Source: an uncultured archaeon (GTDB lineage: Archaea > Altiarchaeota > Altiarchaeia > JAFGQM01). From it: a DNA stretch of 64,000 nt. The DNA lies in contig CAZUDQ010000002.1 in NCBI GenBank assembly GCA_964619365.1, positions 5,537 through 69,536 on the forward strand, written 5' to 3'. The notes under the pieces are model-generated. The model saw only the letters and a program-made list of their open reading frames with translations, had not been told where the DNA came from and searched no databases. Shown in pieces: positions 9,192-21,900 of the stretch. Within the stretch, counting starts at the first letter, position 1. Each line of letters starts with the position of its first letter. A program made the position numbers and the translations under genes.

Positions 9192-11327
9192 CTATCTTAC
9201 TTGCCTAAGGATGTTTTCAGCAGTTTTTTTGCCCACAATACCTTCAAGCTCTTCAACATTCGTCTTAGACAGGTCGGATTTGCTCTTAAACCCTGACGAA
9301 AAGAGCTTTCGCCCGCGGACGCGGCCAATGCCTTTGATTGCAATGAGTGGTGCTAGCTCCTCTTTTACGCCGTGTTTTATTCTCATTTGGAGTGTTTGGA
9401 ACTCTCGTCTAAGTGATGGTCTTGCCTTAGTCAACGGAGCTATTTCAGCGCAGCAGTAAGCTAGCCACTCAGCAGTATTCAGTTTTATCCTAAGGAGACC
9501 TGGAGCCACCTGGTAATTCTCCATTATCCAGGCCTCAGAGCGCTCATCAAGCCAGTCGGAGAACATCAGCGCCGTTTTGAAGCGCTCAAGATAGTCAGAG
9601 TCGTTTCTTGTAAGTATAATTTCTTCAGTCTCGTAGTATTTGCCCCAAAGCTCGTCTTCCTCAGATTTCCTGACATAAAGAAGGGGTCTAAGTTCACTTG
9701 AAGTGCAAAGCATCTCAAGCCAGGATATTGTTTTGGCTCGCGCGCTCCCCTCTTTATCCTCCATTATTCCCTTAAAGACATAAGCGCTTTCAGGGTCTAG
9801 GTAAAGTTCAGACACGCGCGCTCCAAGAGGCGTTGCGATTATCTCGCTTTTTGAGCACGCCGAAATATCATTTGCAGTTACAAAGAGTCCTTCTGAATCA
9901 ATTGACGAATCTTTCCCACAGGGCATGACGACAAAGCCCCAGTCAGAAAGCTGGCGCAGTATACGCTCGACTTTGACTTTAAACTCTCCCCCAGTTCCGA
10001 ATTGATGGGCAAAAAACGTGCGTCCGAAGAATTCAAAAAGGCCATCTGTGCTTCTGCAAAAGCCCGATGCTATCGCCGAAAGGACATGCGTCCTTAAAAT
10101 CGGTTCGACTCCAAGCATGGAATGAATCGCTTCAGGTTCACCTTCTAAATATGTGCTTTGTAAGTAAGCCGCTTCCTTAGTATCTGGTGCAAGAAGCACG
10201 CACTCACCTTCATCATCATACCTGGGGCGTCCAGCGCGTCCTGCCATCTGCATGTACTCTAAAACCGGTATGTAATCCATGCCGTGGTCAGTGTAGCGCT
10301 TTATATCGCGGATGATGACTTTTCGTGCTGGAAGGTTGATTCCTGCGGCCAAAGTGGGTGTAGCACAAATCACCTTTATGCGTCCGTCTTTAAACGCGTT
10401 TTCAACAAGTTCGCGCTGACCATTAACAATCCCTGCGTGATGAAATGCAACGCCTCCTGCAACACATCTGCCTAGCCGGGCGCACTGGGCAGTTGGACTC
10501 GAAAGGACGTTTTCAATATCGCTTGATAAGGCAGAAAGCGCCATTTGTTCAGTTCCATCAAGGGTTTTCCCCATCTTTGCGCTAAGCTTTTCTGCAACGG
10601 CTTCAGCCGACCTTCTGGAATTGACAAAAACAAGACTTTGGGCACCGTCCTTTTTTGTCTTTGTGGTTTCAGATTCAAGAGTCTCAAACTTCCCAAGCTC
10701 TATTTTCTGGCTTAGTTTTGTCGGACGCCAAGTTGATTTAAGGAGCTTTGCCCCAAGCCACTCTGCCATCTCTTCAGAGTTGCCAACAGTCGCCGAAAGC
10801 CCGATTATTTGTGCTTCAGGGAACATCTCTTTAAACTTTGCGATAAGTATCTCGTAGGTGGGGCCGCGGTTGGTTCCAATCAGGTGTATTTCATCGATTA
10901 TTATTGCCCCAAGGTCGCGAAACCACGTTGGTTTTGAGCGCAGAATTGAGTCGCATTTTTCTGCTGTTGCGACAAGTAGGTCTGCAGCACACTTCTGGCT
11001 GAGAAATTTAGAGTCGAGGTCGCCCATTTCAAGTTCGACATTAAATCCAAGCTTTTCCCATTTTCCAAATTCACGCGCTTTTTCAGCGGCAAGCGCGCGC
11101 AATGGAACTAAGTAAAGCACTTGCTTTCCTTGGCGCATGGCTTTAAGTGCGGCAAGCTCGGCCATAACCGTTTTCCCAGATGCTGTCGGCGTGCAGACTA
11201 AAAGGTCGTTTCCTTCAAGAAGCCCAGCTTTTATTGCGTCTTCTTGGGGTGGGAAAAAGGAGATTATGCCGTCTTTTTCAAATACTCTGGTTATTGCGTC
11301 CCCAAGATTTAGTTCAGAAACATCCAC
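9192..11327 (-). CDS. hel308: Ski2-like DNA helicase Hel308/Hjm
   Basis: 711 aa. It has Walker A (TPTASGKTVMAEL), DEIH (IIDEIHLIG), SAT (LSATVGN) and motif VI (QMAGRAGRP), plus the C-terminal winged-helix/HhH domain architecture of Hel308. Confidence 0.85.
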   Translation of the reverse strand: MDVSELNLGDAITRVFEKDGIISFFPPQEDAIKAGLLEGNDLLVCTPTASGKTVMAELAALKAMRQGKQVLYLVPLRALAAEKAREFGKWEKLGFNVELEMGDLDSKFLSQKCAADLLVATAEKCDSILRSKPTWFRDLGAIIIDEIHLIGTNRGPTYEILIAKFKEMFPEAQIIGLSATVGNSEEMAEWLGAKLLKSTWRPTKLSQKIELGKFETLESETTKTKKDGAQSLVFVNSRRSAEAVAEKLSAKMGKTLDGTEQMALSALSSDIENVLSSPTAQCARLGRCVAGGVAFHHAGIVNGQRELVENAFKDGRIKVICATPTLAAGINLPARKVIIRDIKRYTDHGMDYIPVLEYMQMAGRAGRPRYDDEGECVLLAPDTKEAAYLQSTYLEGEPEAIHSMLGVEPILRTHVLSAIASGFCRSTDGLFEFFGRTFFAHQFGTGGEFKVKVERILRQLSDWGFVVMPCGKDSSIDSEGLFVTANDISACSKSEIIATPLGARVSELYLDPESAYVFKGIMEDKEGSARAKTISWLEMLCTSSELRPLLYVRKSEEDELWGKYYETEEIILTRNDSDYLERFKTALMFSDWLDERSEAWIMENYQVAPGLLRIKLNTAEWLAYCCAEIAPLTKARPSLRREFQTLQMRIKHGVKEELAPLIAIKGIGRVRGRKLFSSGFKSKSDLSKTNVEELEGIVGKKTAENILRQVR

Positions 11328-11425
11328 TCCTTATTTTGAAGCGGACGGGATTTAAGGGAGATTGCCTACCAGAGCACTAGTCGCTTGAGCTTAATGTTTT
11401 AATCTGCTTAAACAGAAACTAAGGT

Positions 11426-12256
11426 ATGCCAGGAAAACCCCACAAAGCACTTGCTCCAGCACCTCTTGATGTGAACGTGCTTGGTGTCTCAAAAAAATCA
11501 AAAAGTGCTTATCGCCAGCATAAGGTTTATCCACGCATGAATTCTCTTGTTACATCTTCCTTAACTGGCAGTAAAGCTGACGTAAAACATACTGAGACCG
11601 ATGCTAGGATAACTGAAAAGATTCTAGCTGATGCCATGCGAGAAGTTCGTCGTGGCAAGATTCCCTTACAATCCAGGGCGATACAGCATGGCCCAGAACC
11701 TGGCGCAATCAGAATTTGGACGAGAAACACCCCTCAAGCCAGGTTAGACCACGTACTTGACAAGGCAAGTTCAGCTGAGAAAAATGAGATATTCCAAAAG
11801 ATAATGGAAGGGGTTGGAAACATGCATTCTCTTGCTCGCGTGGCAAATAGGGATCTCCGTGGCACAACTCCCAATATATTTGTTTATCCAAAAGAAAAAG
11901 GTGGACGTCCATTAGAACCAAAATTCACAGACTTTGGCTGGGGCGTAAGCTTGCCTAGAGGTGGAGAACGCCTTGGCGAATACACGAATACTCGTGAAGC
12001 AATGCTAAAAGATATTGATGATGTCATTGATTTGTTCGAAGACCATATCCATCACGTTGATTATGAGAACGGTTTTAAGACTTATGAAAAAACTCTGCGC
12101 AAAGGGTTAGAAAAAACAAAATGGGCACCTTTTGAAAAACTAGACCTATCTTTAAAACTTGAAAAATCCCGAAGTCGTTTAAGAGACGAAGCAATTAAAA
12201 GAGGGAGAATAAATAAGGGAATCAAAGATTATCCTCATTCTTATTATCCGCGATAA
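11426..12256 (+). CDS. Atypical protein-kinase-like protein (hypothetical)
   Basis: SLARVANRDLRGTTPNIF resembles the kinase catalytic loop (HRDLKPxN). TDFGWGV resembles the DFG Mg-binding motif. A canonical Gly-loop and VAIK lysine are not evident. Confidence 0.35.
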   Translation: MPGKPHKALAPAPLDVNVLGVSKKSKSAYRQHKVYPRMNSLVTSSLTGSKADVKHTETDARITEKILADAMREVRRGKIPLQSRAIQHGPEPGAIRIWTRNTPQARLDHVLDKASSAEKNEIFQKIMEGVGNMHSLARVANRDLRGTTPNIFVYPKEKGGRPLEPKFTDFGWGVSLPRGGERLGEYTNTREAMLKDIDDVIDLFEDHIHHVDYENGFKTYEKTLRKGLEKTKWAPFEKLDLSLKLEKSRSRLRDEAIKRGRINKGIKDYPHSYYPR

Positions 12257-12274
12257 GAAGATACACGAAACAAA

Positions 12275-12940
12275 ATGAAAACACCAGCAATTGTTCTTAA
12301 TTTTAAGACGTACAAGGAAGCAACAGGAAAGGCGGCAATTACTCTTGCAAAAGTCTGTGACGAAGTCGCTCGCGACAAGGGCGTTGAAATCGTTGTATGC
12401 CCTCAGCTTGCCGATGCCGCAAAAATCGCTGAAACCGTTGATATACCAGTCCTTGCCCAGCATTTTGATCCTATAACACCGGGCAGCCACACGGGATGGG
12501 TGCTTCTTGACTCTCTTGTTGACGCGGGTCTTGCAGGCTCTCTTATAAACCACAGCGAGCACCGCATTCCAAAAGAAGATGTCGAAAAGTGTGTTAAGAT
12601 GCTAAAAGACGTTGGTCTTGAGTCAATTGTATGCACAAAAGACATAGGAGAAACGGCGGCATATTCTCACTTTACTCCTAATTTTCTTGCAATAGAACCT
12701 CCTGAACTAATCGGCAGCGGGATTTCAGTTTCTGAGGCGCAGCCTGAGATAGTGTCCGGCGCCGCCAAAGCAGGAGGAGACGTTCCGGTCTTTTGCGGAG
12801 CAGGAATAACAAAGGGCGTTGACGTCAAAAAGGCAATAGAACTTGGGGCGTGCGGCGTTCTTTTAGCATCCGGAGTCACTAAGTCAAAAGAGCCTGGAAA
12901 AGTCTTAAGCGAGCTTGCAAGTTACGTCCTTAGTGTTTGA
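12275..12940 (+). CDS. tpiA: Triosephosphate isomerase (short archaeal type)
   Basis: 221 aa. The N-terminus MKTPAIVLNFKTYKEATG and the motifs LINHSEHR, AIEPPELIGSG and CGAGI are diagnostic of archaeal TIM. Confidence 0.9.
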   Translation: MKTPAIVLNFKTYKEATGKAAITLAKVCDEVARDKGVEIVVCPQLADAAKIAETVDIPVLAQHFDPITPGSHTGWVLLDSLVDAGLAGSLINHSEHRIPKEDVEKCVKMLKDVGLESIVCTKDIGETAAYSHFTPNFLAIEPPELIGSGISVSEAQPEIVSGAAKAGGDVPVFCGAGITKGVDVKKAIELGACGVLLASGVTKSKEPGKVLSELASYVLSV

Positions 12941-12963
12941 ACTTCGGCTGACTCGCAAAAGCA

Positions 12964-12975
12964 AAGCTTTTAACC
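12964..12975 (+). promoter_or_regulatory. Candidate TATA-like element (aagcttttaacc) about 21-27 bp upstream of the giant-gene-1 ATG; consistent with a leaderless transcript
   Basis: AT-rich TTTTAA at the expected archaeal TATA distance if transcription starts at or near the ATG. A similar agctttt(tt)aagg element lies upstream of giant gene 2. Confidence 0.25.
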
Positions 12976-12994
12976 TCGCTTTTATTAATAATCC

Positions 12995-15900
12995 ATGCTG
13001 TCAGAAACAAAGCGAGCATTGCTTCCAAAAAGCCTTAATCTTGTTTTGGGTTTAGCAATTTTATCAGTAGTCTTAGCTACGCTCGTTTTTTCTTCTATGT
13101 CTGGCGCCTCAATAGATTCCGAGGACATTTATGAATACTTTGAATATCCAAATGCTTCAAGTTCAAATACAAGCGGGAATGAAACAGATAATCTGCCGAT
13201 TTTAGATATCTTGGATACCCCAGGGAACATAAGCATAAACATTTTTTCTCCTGCAAATCAAACACAAACACAGGACTTAAGTACTCTAGTTCAGGCTAAC
13301 CTTACTGCTGATAGGCTCGCCTATTTATTCTTAAACGATTCTTCCCTTGTCGCTTACTGGACGGCAGAGAACGGCGCAAACGACTCAAGTGAATACCACA
13401 ACGACGGAAGCTTTGGAGGAACTGCGACGACTGTTGCAGACGGCAAATTTGGAAGGGCTTTTGAAGCTGACGGAGCCGAACCCAATTACATAAACTTGGG
13501 AATGAGCACGGATTTTGACATATCAAGTGCATTCACGGTCAGTGTGTGGGTAAAAAACATAGGCAATAGCTCTGGACACACGATCTTAGGCGAGTGGGAT
13601 TCTATTATAACTAAATGGGACTGTGCTTCAGGTTGTGCTAAGTCATCATGGTGGATTGGTATTCAACCCAGTGATGAAATACTTTTCATAGTTGCCAATT
13701 CTACAGGTTCCAGGACAGTAACAGTCCCCGGTACGACTAAAATCAGATACGACTCGATTTGGCACCATGTAGTCGGAATCTATGATGGTTCATATTTGGA
13801 GGTATATCTTGACGGTGAGCGTGAGGGGCAGGTGGCATATTCAGAAGGCGTTCACGTAAATTCCACCGTACCTTTAGTTATTGCAGGTTCTGCAAATCCA
13901 CCTTTGGGCAGTTTTAATGGCTCAATTGACGAGCTTATGATATTCAACAGAAGCCTAAGTGAATCAGAGGTTAGGTCTCTTTATAATGCAACCGCCCAGG
14001 AATTCAATGTCACAGTAGACTTAGAACCCGGCAACAACTCCATATATCTCTCAGCAAAAGACACTCTCGCAAATTTCGCCAAGAACTATATCGTAGTCGA
14101 AAGGACCGAAACCAATCCCCCAAATATTATAATAATATCGCCCGCCAACTACACCCAGACACAAAACCAAACTACAAGCATAATTGCAAATGCCTCAGAC
14201 GAATCACAAGTCATGATGTTCCTTAACGATTCGTCCTTAGTCGGCTACTGGACGGCTGAAAACGGGGCGAATGACTCAAGTGAATACCACAACGATGGGA
14301 CTTTTGGGGACAATGCAACAACATCGGCAGACGGAAAGTTTGGGCGCGACTTCGCATTTAATGGATTAGGCGAATATGTCTCTATTAATGTTTCAAGCAG
14401 TCTTAACATAACTGACCCCATGACGATATCTCTTTGGGTAAAATTCAACAATGTTTCTGGGACTCAAACTATACTTTCAACATTTAATAGTTCTATAGAC
14501 GGATATTATATTCAAGAAAATAGTGCAAATACTATAGCCTTTATAGGCTCATGGGATCATAGGTCATATATTTATACTCCTGAGAATTTTACTACTGAGG
14601 ATACTTGGTATCTGATAACAGTTACAATAAACGGGACTCTTGGAAAATTATATATAAATGGCAATTTAACCGACTCAAACACTACACTTTATATGGCTCT
14701 TAACAGCACTGCAATCTATTTTGGGAAACATATTTCTGGGCAATTTCCCTTAAATGGTTCATTAGATGAAGTCATGTATTTTAACAGATGTTTAGGCGCA
14801 ACAGAAGTTCTCGCACTCTACAACGCGACAGCCCAAAACTTCAATGTCACAGTAGACCTAGAACCTGGCAATAACTCAATACATCTTTCAGCAAAAGACA
14901 CGCTTGCTAATTTTGCCAAGAATTATTTGGTAATCCAGCGTATAGTGCCACCTTCAGTTTCTTTTGTCCTGCCAACTCCTTCAAACGGGACGATTACTGC
15001 AAACACGAGTGTCCAAATCAATTCCAGCATAAACGCGTCAGACCTCGGAGACGTGGAGTTCAATTGGTCTGTCGGACCAAGAGACGGCCTCGTCCTTGAC
15101 CTGATATTTGACGATGGCAGTTTGAGGGATTATTCAGGAATGGGCAACGATGGGACAAATAATGGTTCAGAATATACTCCACAAGGGGCTGTTATGGGAG
15201 GGCGAGAATTTAATGGTATGACCGAGTATATTGATGTCGGAAATGATAATAGTTTAGATATAACTGGGAATATAACTCTTTCTGCGTGGATAAAAGCAGA
15301 AGCAAGACAGAATACATATCCGACTATTATTGCAAAAAGAGATACTGGAGGAAACACAAATTATCAGTTCTATCTGAATTGTGTGAATCGTTGTCAGCTA
15401 AGATTTGGTTTTGGCAATTACTCGCAACCGTGGTATGCCGACAGGGCGGGTAACATGGCCTTAAATGACAGCTTATGGCATTATGTCACCGTCACATATA
15501 ATGGTTCTGATTATATTTATTATGTGGATGGCAATGTCGATGCGATTAACCAAGAAACTGAAAGTTTAAGTTCGTATGTAACTGATAAAGACGCAATTAT
15601 CGGTTATTTTGAAGATGGCGGATCTACAAGATATTTTAACGGATCAATTGACGAAGTCAAGGTCTTTAACAGAAGCCTCAGTCAATCTGAGATAAAAGAA
15701 CTTTATTACAATTCCCGCGCCAGGTTCTATGATGATTCGCTTGTTTTGATGTATAACTTTGACAACCTAAGTGCAATTGGTGAAAACTCAAGCTATGTCG
15801 TTGACGCAAGTCTTTATAGAAATGATGCCAATGTGACGCGCGCAGTCTGGAATTCTTCCGGGAGATATGGCGGGGCATATAGTTTTAATGGAGTGTGTGG

Positions 15901-18900
15901 CGACGATTACATAAAGACCCCGAATAGTTCAATATTTAACATGTCAGAGTTTAGCGTTTCGGCCTGGATTTATTCCTCTTTAAATAAAACAACACCCGTA
16001 ATAGTGGCTGATGGGGATGTTATTGGTGGGGCATCACTTTTATGTGGCAAGGGAGCACGGGCGGGTTGGGCACTTCTCTTATATAACAAGACCAAGCTTA
16101 GTCTGACGCATTGTAACACGAGTTCTTACGGGAAGAACTATACCCTATTAATATCGGATGGTGAGGTCCAGCCCAATACTTGGACTTATGTGTCTCTGAC
16201 GTTTGATTCTGAGAATATCAACTTCTATGTAAACGGAGTCCTATCCAGCAGTTTTGAGAGTGGCGGGATAATGTATGACAACATAACAACAGATATAACT
16301 GTCGGCGCCCAGGATTACAATGAAGCTAATAATTTCAACGGCACGATTGACGAAGTCAGGGTATGGAACAGAAGCCTTAGTGCATCAGAAATATGGTTGA
16401 TGTATGAATCTAACTTAAAAAAATTCAATGTTTCTGGCTGGAGCCTTTATACAAACAAGACAAATCTTAGTTCGGGCAATTATGATTACATAACAGGTAT
16501 TGCAGACACTTTTGGAAATACAAGCGATACAGGTGAAAGGCTCCTTATTATTGATGCAAGTGCTCCGGTTATAACTTTTATTACCGAGAACCATACTCAA
16601 ACATTTAACACGAGTTTAGTAGTTGACGTAAATGTAAGTGATTCACTACAGACATATGCTTTCCTTAACGATTCGTCCTTAGTAGGTTACTGGACGGCTG
16701 AGAATGGGGCCAATGATTCGAGCAGATATCATAATGACGGGACTTTTGAAGGGGATGCGACAACTTCGCCCAATGGTAAATTTGGGCGAAAGTTTACATT
16801 TGATGGGACTGATGCGTATATAGAGACCTCTAATTTTTATAACCAGATAAACGACACAATCACCTTGTCAGTATGGGTTAATCCCAGTAGTTGTAATGGC
16901 TATGATTATATGCTCTATAAATGTCTGGACTGTGGTACTACTTCTTATGATGTTGGGACATATTCGATTAGCTGTAATTCAAATAATAGTGTAATATTTG
17001 GGGGAGTTTATGACAGTACATACATCCACCCCAGGTTTGTATCAAACTCTACATTATCAATGAATAACTGGACCCATATAACTGTAACTTACGATGGAAA
17101 CAATATTTTAATTTATTTGAATGGAAATTTGGATAAGCTTAGTTCCTTTCCTGGCCACTACTTCCAATATTCATACGGAGGAACTAATTTTCCAGTACGG
17201 ATAGGGCGTGGTAAAAATAGTTCTGTTCCTTGCTTTTTCAATGGTTCAATTGATGAGGTAATGATTTTTAGTCGTACATTATCAGCGTCAGAAATCCAGG
17301 CACTTTACAACGCAACAGCTCAAAATTTCAATGTCACAGTAGACCTAGAACCTGGCAATAACTCAGTACATCTTTCAGCAAAAGACACGCTTGCTAATTT
17401 TGCCAAGAATTATTTGGTAATCCAGCGTATAGTGCCACCTTCAGTTTCTTTTGTCCTGCCAACTCCTTCAAACGGGACGATTACTGCAAACACGAGTGTC
17501 CAAATCAATTCCAGCATAAACGCGTCAGACCTCGGAGACGTGGAGTTCAATTGGTCTGTCGGACCAAGAGACGGCCTCGTCCTTGACCTGATATTTGACG
17601 ATGGCAGTTTGAGGGATTATTCAGGAATGGGCAACGATGGGACAAATAATGGTTCAGAATATACCCCACAAGGGGCTGTTATGGGGGGAAGATCCTTTGA
17701 AGGTCTGGCTTATCAGGGCATTAGCGTCAATGTCAGTTCAAGTTTAGAGTCCCAAAATTTAACAATAAGTGCGTGGGTAAAGACAAGTAACCCAAATACG
17801 TCTCAGATAATAGCAACTAAAAGATACGCCCAGATAACCGCACCTTACAACTCCTATATCCTAGAGATGAATGCAGGTACCTATAGATTTGGTCTTGGAA
17901 AAGCCGCAGAAAACCAAACGCGACTATTCTCCATAACTCCAACATCTACAAACTGGGTTTTTGTTGCTGGCACTTATGATGGAGTCACTATGAAGATATA
18001 TGTTAACGGCGTTTTAGAAAATCAATCTAGTGATTTTGCAGGTCTGATTGCTTATAATGGCAGCTTAGGTTTCTTTGTCGGTAATTATGGTGGGGGGTGG
18101 GAATTTAATGGTTCAATTGATGAAGTTAAAGTTTATAACCGGAGCCTCAGTCAATCTGAGGTAGAAGAACTTTATCATAACTCGCGCGCCAGATTCTACG
18201 ACGATTCGCTTCTTGTGATGTATAACTTTGATGAGAATACTTTGATGAATGATTCAAGCTTACAAGACAATAACGGCAGGTGCGGAGGGACTGATATTTA
18301 TGGACGCAATAGCACTTGCCCAAACTGGACGACAAACGGGCGCTACGGTGGAGCCTATATCTTTAATGGACACGACAGTAACAACACAATCAAGGTTAAC
18401 CTCTTTAATATAACCCATGAAATCAGCTCTTGTATGTGGGTTAAACCATTAGCTCAGCCGGATGGAACAGATTATTTATTAAAATACAGAACATTTGTAG
18501 TATTCATAACTAATAATTCTGAGATACGGACTGCAGTCAGAATCGGGCAGACCTGGTATCATCTTACAGCTAACTACAGTCTATCTTTAGATAACTGGCA
18601 CCATGTTTGTACGGGATACAATAATGAAACAGGTGTACACATCTATGTGGACGGAGATTTAGTCGCAGAGAATGACTCGATTATTGGAGATCTTAATTCA
18701 ACTTACGCAGACCCTTCCGTTGAATGGGCGGCGATAGGTTCGCACTGGTCGCCTCCAACAGACGCCTTTGATGGTGTGATTGACGAGTTCCGGCTTTGGA
18801 ACCGCAGTCTTAGTGCCTCGGAGATACAGTTGATGTATGAGTCAAACCTAAGGGAGATAAACAGTTCCGTTTGGAACCTTTACACTAACAAGACAAACCT

Positions 18901-21900
18901 TAGTATTGGGAATTATAGCTACAAAGTTGGAATAGAAAACACAAGCGGGGCAAGCGCGACAACAGAGCTGCGCGAACTTGAGATATCCGACCACGACGTT
19001 ATTTCAGTTCATAGTTGTCAGAACCTAAGTGTAGAGGGCGCTACGTATCTCCTAGAAGATGATATAACATTCAATCCCCAAAGCGCATATTCATGTTTTA
19101 ACATAACTGCGGCCAACATAAGTTTTGACGGACAAGGGCATTCTATCGATTTTTTCGTAGATACTGCGTCCATTGCATTAGGGCATGTGCACGTAATCTA
19201 TGCTCACGAGGTAGATAATATCTCCATAACAAGTTTTAACATAACGCGCATCGGCCATTCAAACCATGCCATAGAACTTTCTTTTTCAGATAATTCAAGT
19301 GTGTATGGGAACAGCATTAACATGAATGGGCACGCTTGTTCAAGTCTTGGTGCAGGTGTAGATGTTTATTATTCAGATAAAGCAAACGTTTCAAATAATA
19401 TCATAACCCCCGGCGGATCTTGGGGTTGTTATAGTCCGAGACAAGGAATTTATGTTCAAAATTCGCAGAACGGAAGCCTTACAAATAATACTTTCTACAC
19501 AAGCATGGATAGGCTTGGGATAACATTGCAGACCTCAATTAACATGACCCTAGCAAACAATTCAGTTATAGGGAGCTTTGCAGGTTACGCTGTTTTTGCC
19601 TATGTCACAACTCCGGCTTATTATAATCACACAATTGGAACGGACAACACGGTTAACGGACTTCCATACGCGTATTTTTATGATGTATCAGGCACGGTTC
19701 CAGATATTTCAGGATATGGGGCGGCGTATTTCACACGAAGTAGCAACTTCACAGTCAAAGATATGACAATAAATGGCTCGTTTTACCTTAAGGATGTTGA
19801 GAATTACACGATTGCAAACAATACCTTTAATGTGAGTGATTGGGGCATTACCATAAAAGATTCAGATTATGGCACAATTGATGGAAACAATTTGACCGTT
19901 AATAGGCTCCCAGAGAGCGGGACATCTTATGTGTTTATGATGGCTTCCTCATACAATAACATAAGCAATAACAATTTTTCTTCAGAAAACAACTGCCAAG
20001 GTAACTGGGGTATTGATATTTCTCATGGGACTTCAACGGGAAACAGAATTGAGAATAATACTGCAAGTTCTTGTTACGGCAACCTCATGTACCCCCAGGA
20101 AGAGGGCAATATTATAAGGGGCAACAACTTTACTGCAAATCACAGTATCTTAGTTTCAAATCAGGACTCTAATAATTATTCAGATAATATCTTTAGATTG
20201 ATTTCAGACGGCACAATTGCTTCCTTTTCAAGCGCGCAGGAAAGCAGTATAAGCAATTGCACATTTATCTCAGGAGAAGTGTATTTCCTTATCGTAAGTG
20301 GATATGAGGTTTATCTAAATATAGCAAACACCACCTTCATAAATTCTTTGAACCTGTCAAGGAAGGTAAAAATAAATGACAATGTGTATAATACTGAAGT
20401 AAATTTTACAGATTCAAATATTGAGGGGGTTTTGTTGGGTAATAACATAGAGAATATCAGCTATTCCTCAAAAGGACATCTCAGGCTTTATTTCTCAAAT
20501 TCCAGTAATGATTCCGTTATCGGATTAAATGTCACAGGTTATAATGCTTTAGGTTCTAGAAATTTCTCTGCCCTTACTGGGGCAAACGGCAACATAACAG
20601 AGCTACTTGATATTTTCTCCGGAAACGAGACAAATGTGACTTACTACTCGAATTACACGATAAACTATACTTACATAGGGACGCCATTCTCAAACGTTCT
20701 TGACTTGACCGAGAATTTGACTTACCACATGCGGCTTCTTTTGGAAACGGGAGTCTCGGCAAGGCTTAGTGCGAGCCCCAGAGTGATTTCAGAGACTGGT
20801 AACATAATCTGGCGCGCGAATGTGACAAACTCGGGCAATGTGACATCAAACATCACAATAACCCCTTCATGGGGCTCTAGCTTCATTGTAGAGCTTGATC
20901 CTGGCGAGTCAAATATTAGAGAGTACCATCAGGCAGCCTCCTGTCCTACAACTTCAGTTACAAGGACGATTAGCGCATTTGCACAGAGTCCTATAGGAAA
21001 CGCGAGTGATTCAGATTCAGCCACAGCCAGCATATCATGTGGTTCTTCTACCTGTTCAAAAGCCTGGTCATGTGGTGAATGGGGCGATTGCATAAACGGC
21101 AGCCAGACACGCAACTGTTCATGTGCGTGTCCGAAGGATTCGCAATGCACTGGCGACCATGAAACGACAAGAGATTGTGATTTATGTGGCTCCATAATAT
21201 GCGAGGATGATGGAAATCCCTGCACCAGTGTGACTTGCATTGAAGGAATATGTGTCATCGAGCTTCTTGATGGAGTAACTTGTTCAGATGGAGATAATTG
21301 TACACTTGGGGATTATTGTAAGCTGGGGCTTTGCATACCTGGGAAAAAGTCAGACAAACCTGAGTGTATTGACGAGCCAAGATGCGATGCCGACTGGGTT
21401 TGTTCTTCTTGGTCAGAATGTAGCGGAGGCCTCAAGACTCGCATGTGCGAGTGTTCATGTGAAAGCGGAAACTGCCATGGCGACGGAGAGATGGTCAACA
21501 CCTGCGAAGTCAACGCAAGTGAGGGCGACCTTGAAATCATTGTTATCGGCGGGGAATTTGTCGGAGATGGTGTTAATGTCACAGTCCTTGATGAAAACGG
21601 CAATCCCGTTGACGGCGCGACAATACAGTTTATCACGCCTGACGGACACATACTCTCTTATAAAGCGGGCTTTAAGGCATATGAGCGTGGCAAGTGGGCA
21701 GTTATGGCCGATAAAAATGGGTATGCAGGAAATTACAAGTTATTTGAGGTCAATGACCTTGCAGTAGCATCAAATAATGATAAAGCAGGCTTTTTGGGGG
21801 TAGTATCAGAGACTGCCCAGGAGTTCTTTAACTGGGTTAAGAAAACCTACATACCCATAAGTATCATGGTCTTAATAATAATTGTTGCAGGAGCAGTGCT

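Noticed and set aside
13302-21767. Numerous 60-160 aa ORFs on either strand inside giant gene 1 (e.g. 20929..21258 -, 21288..21767 +, 21313..21651 -)
   Set aside because: They overlap a single long, well-supported ORF, have no start/promoter context and show low-complexity translations.
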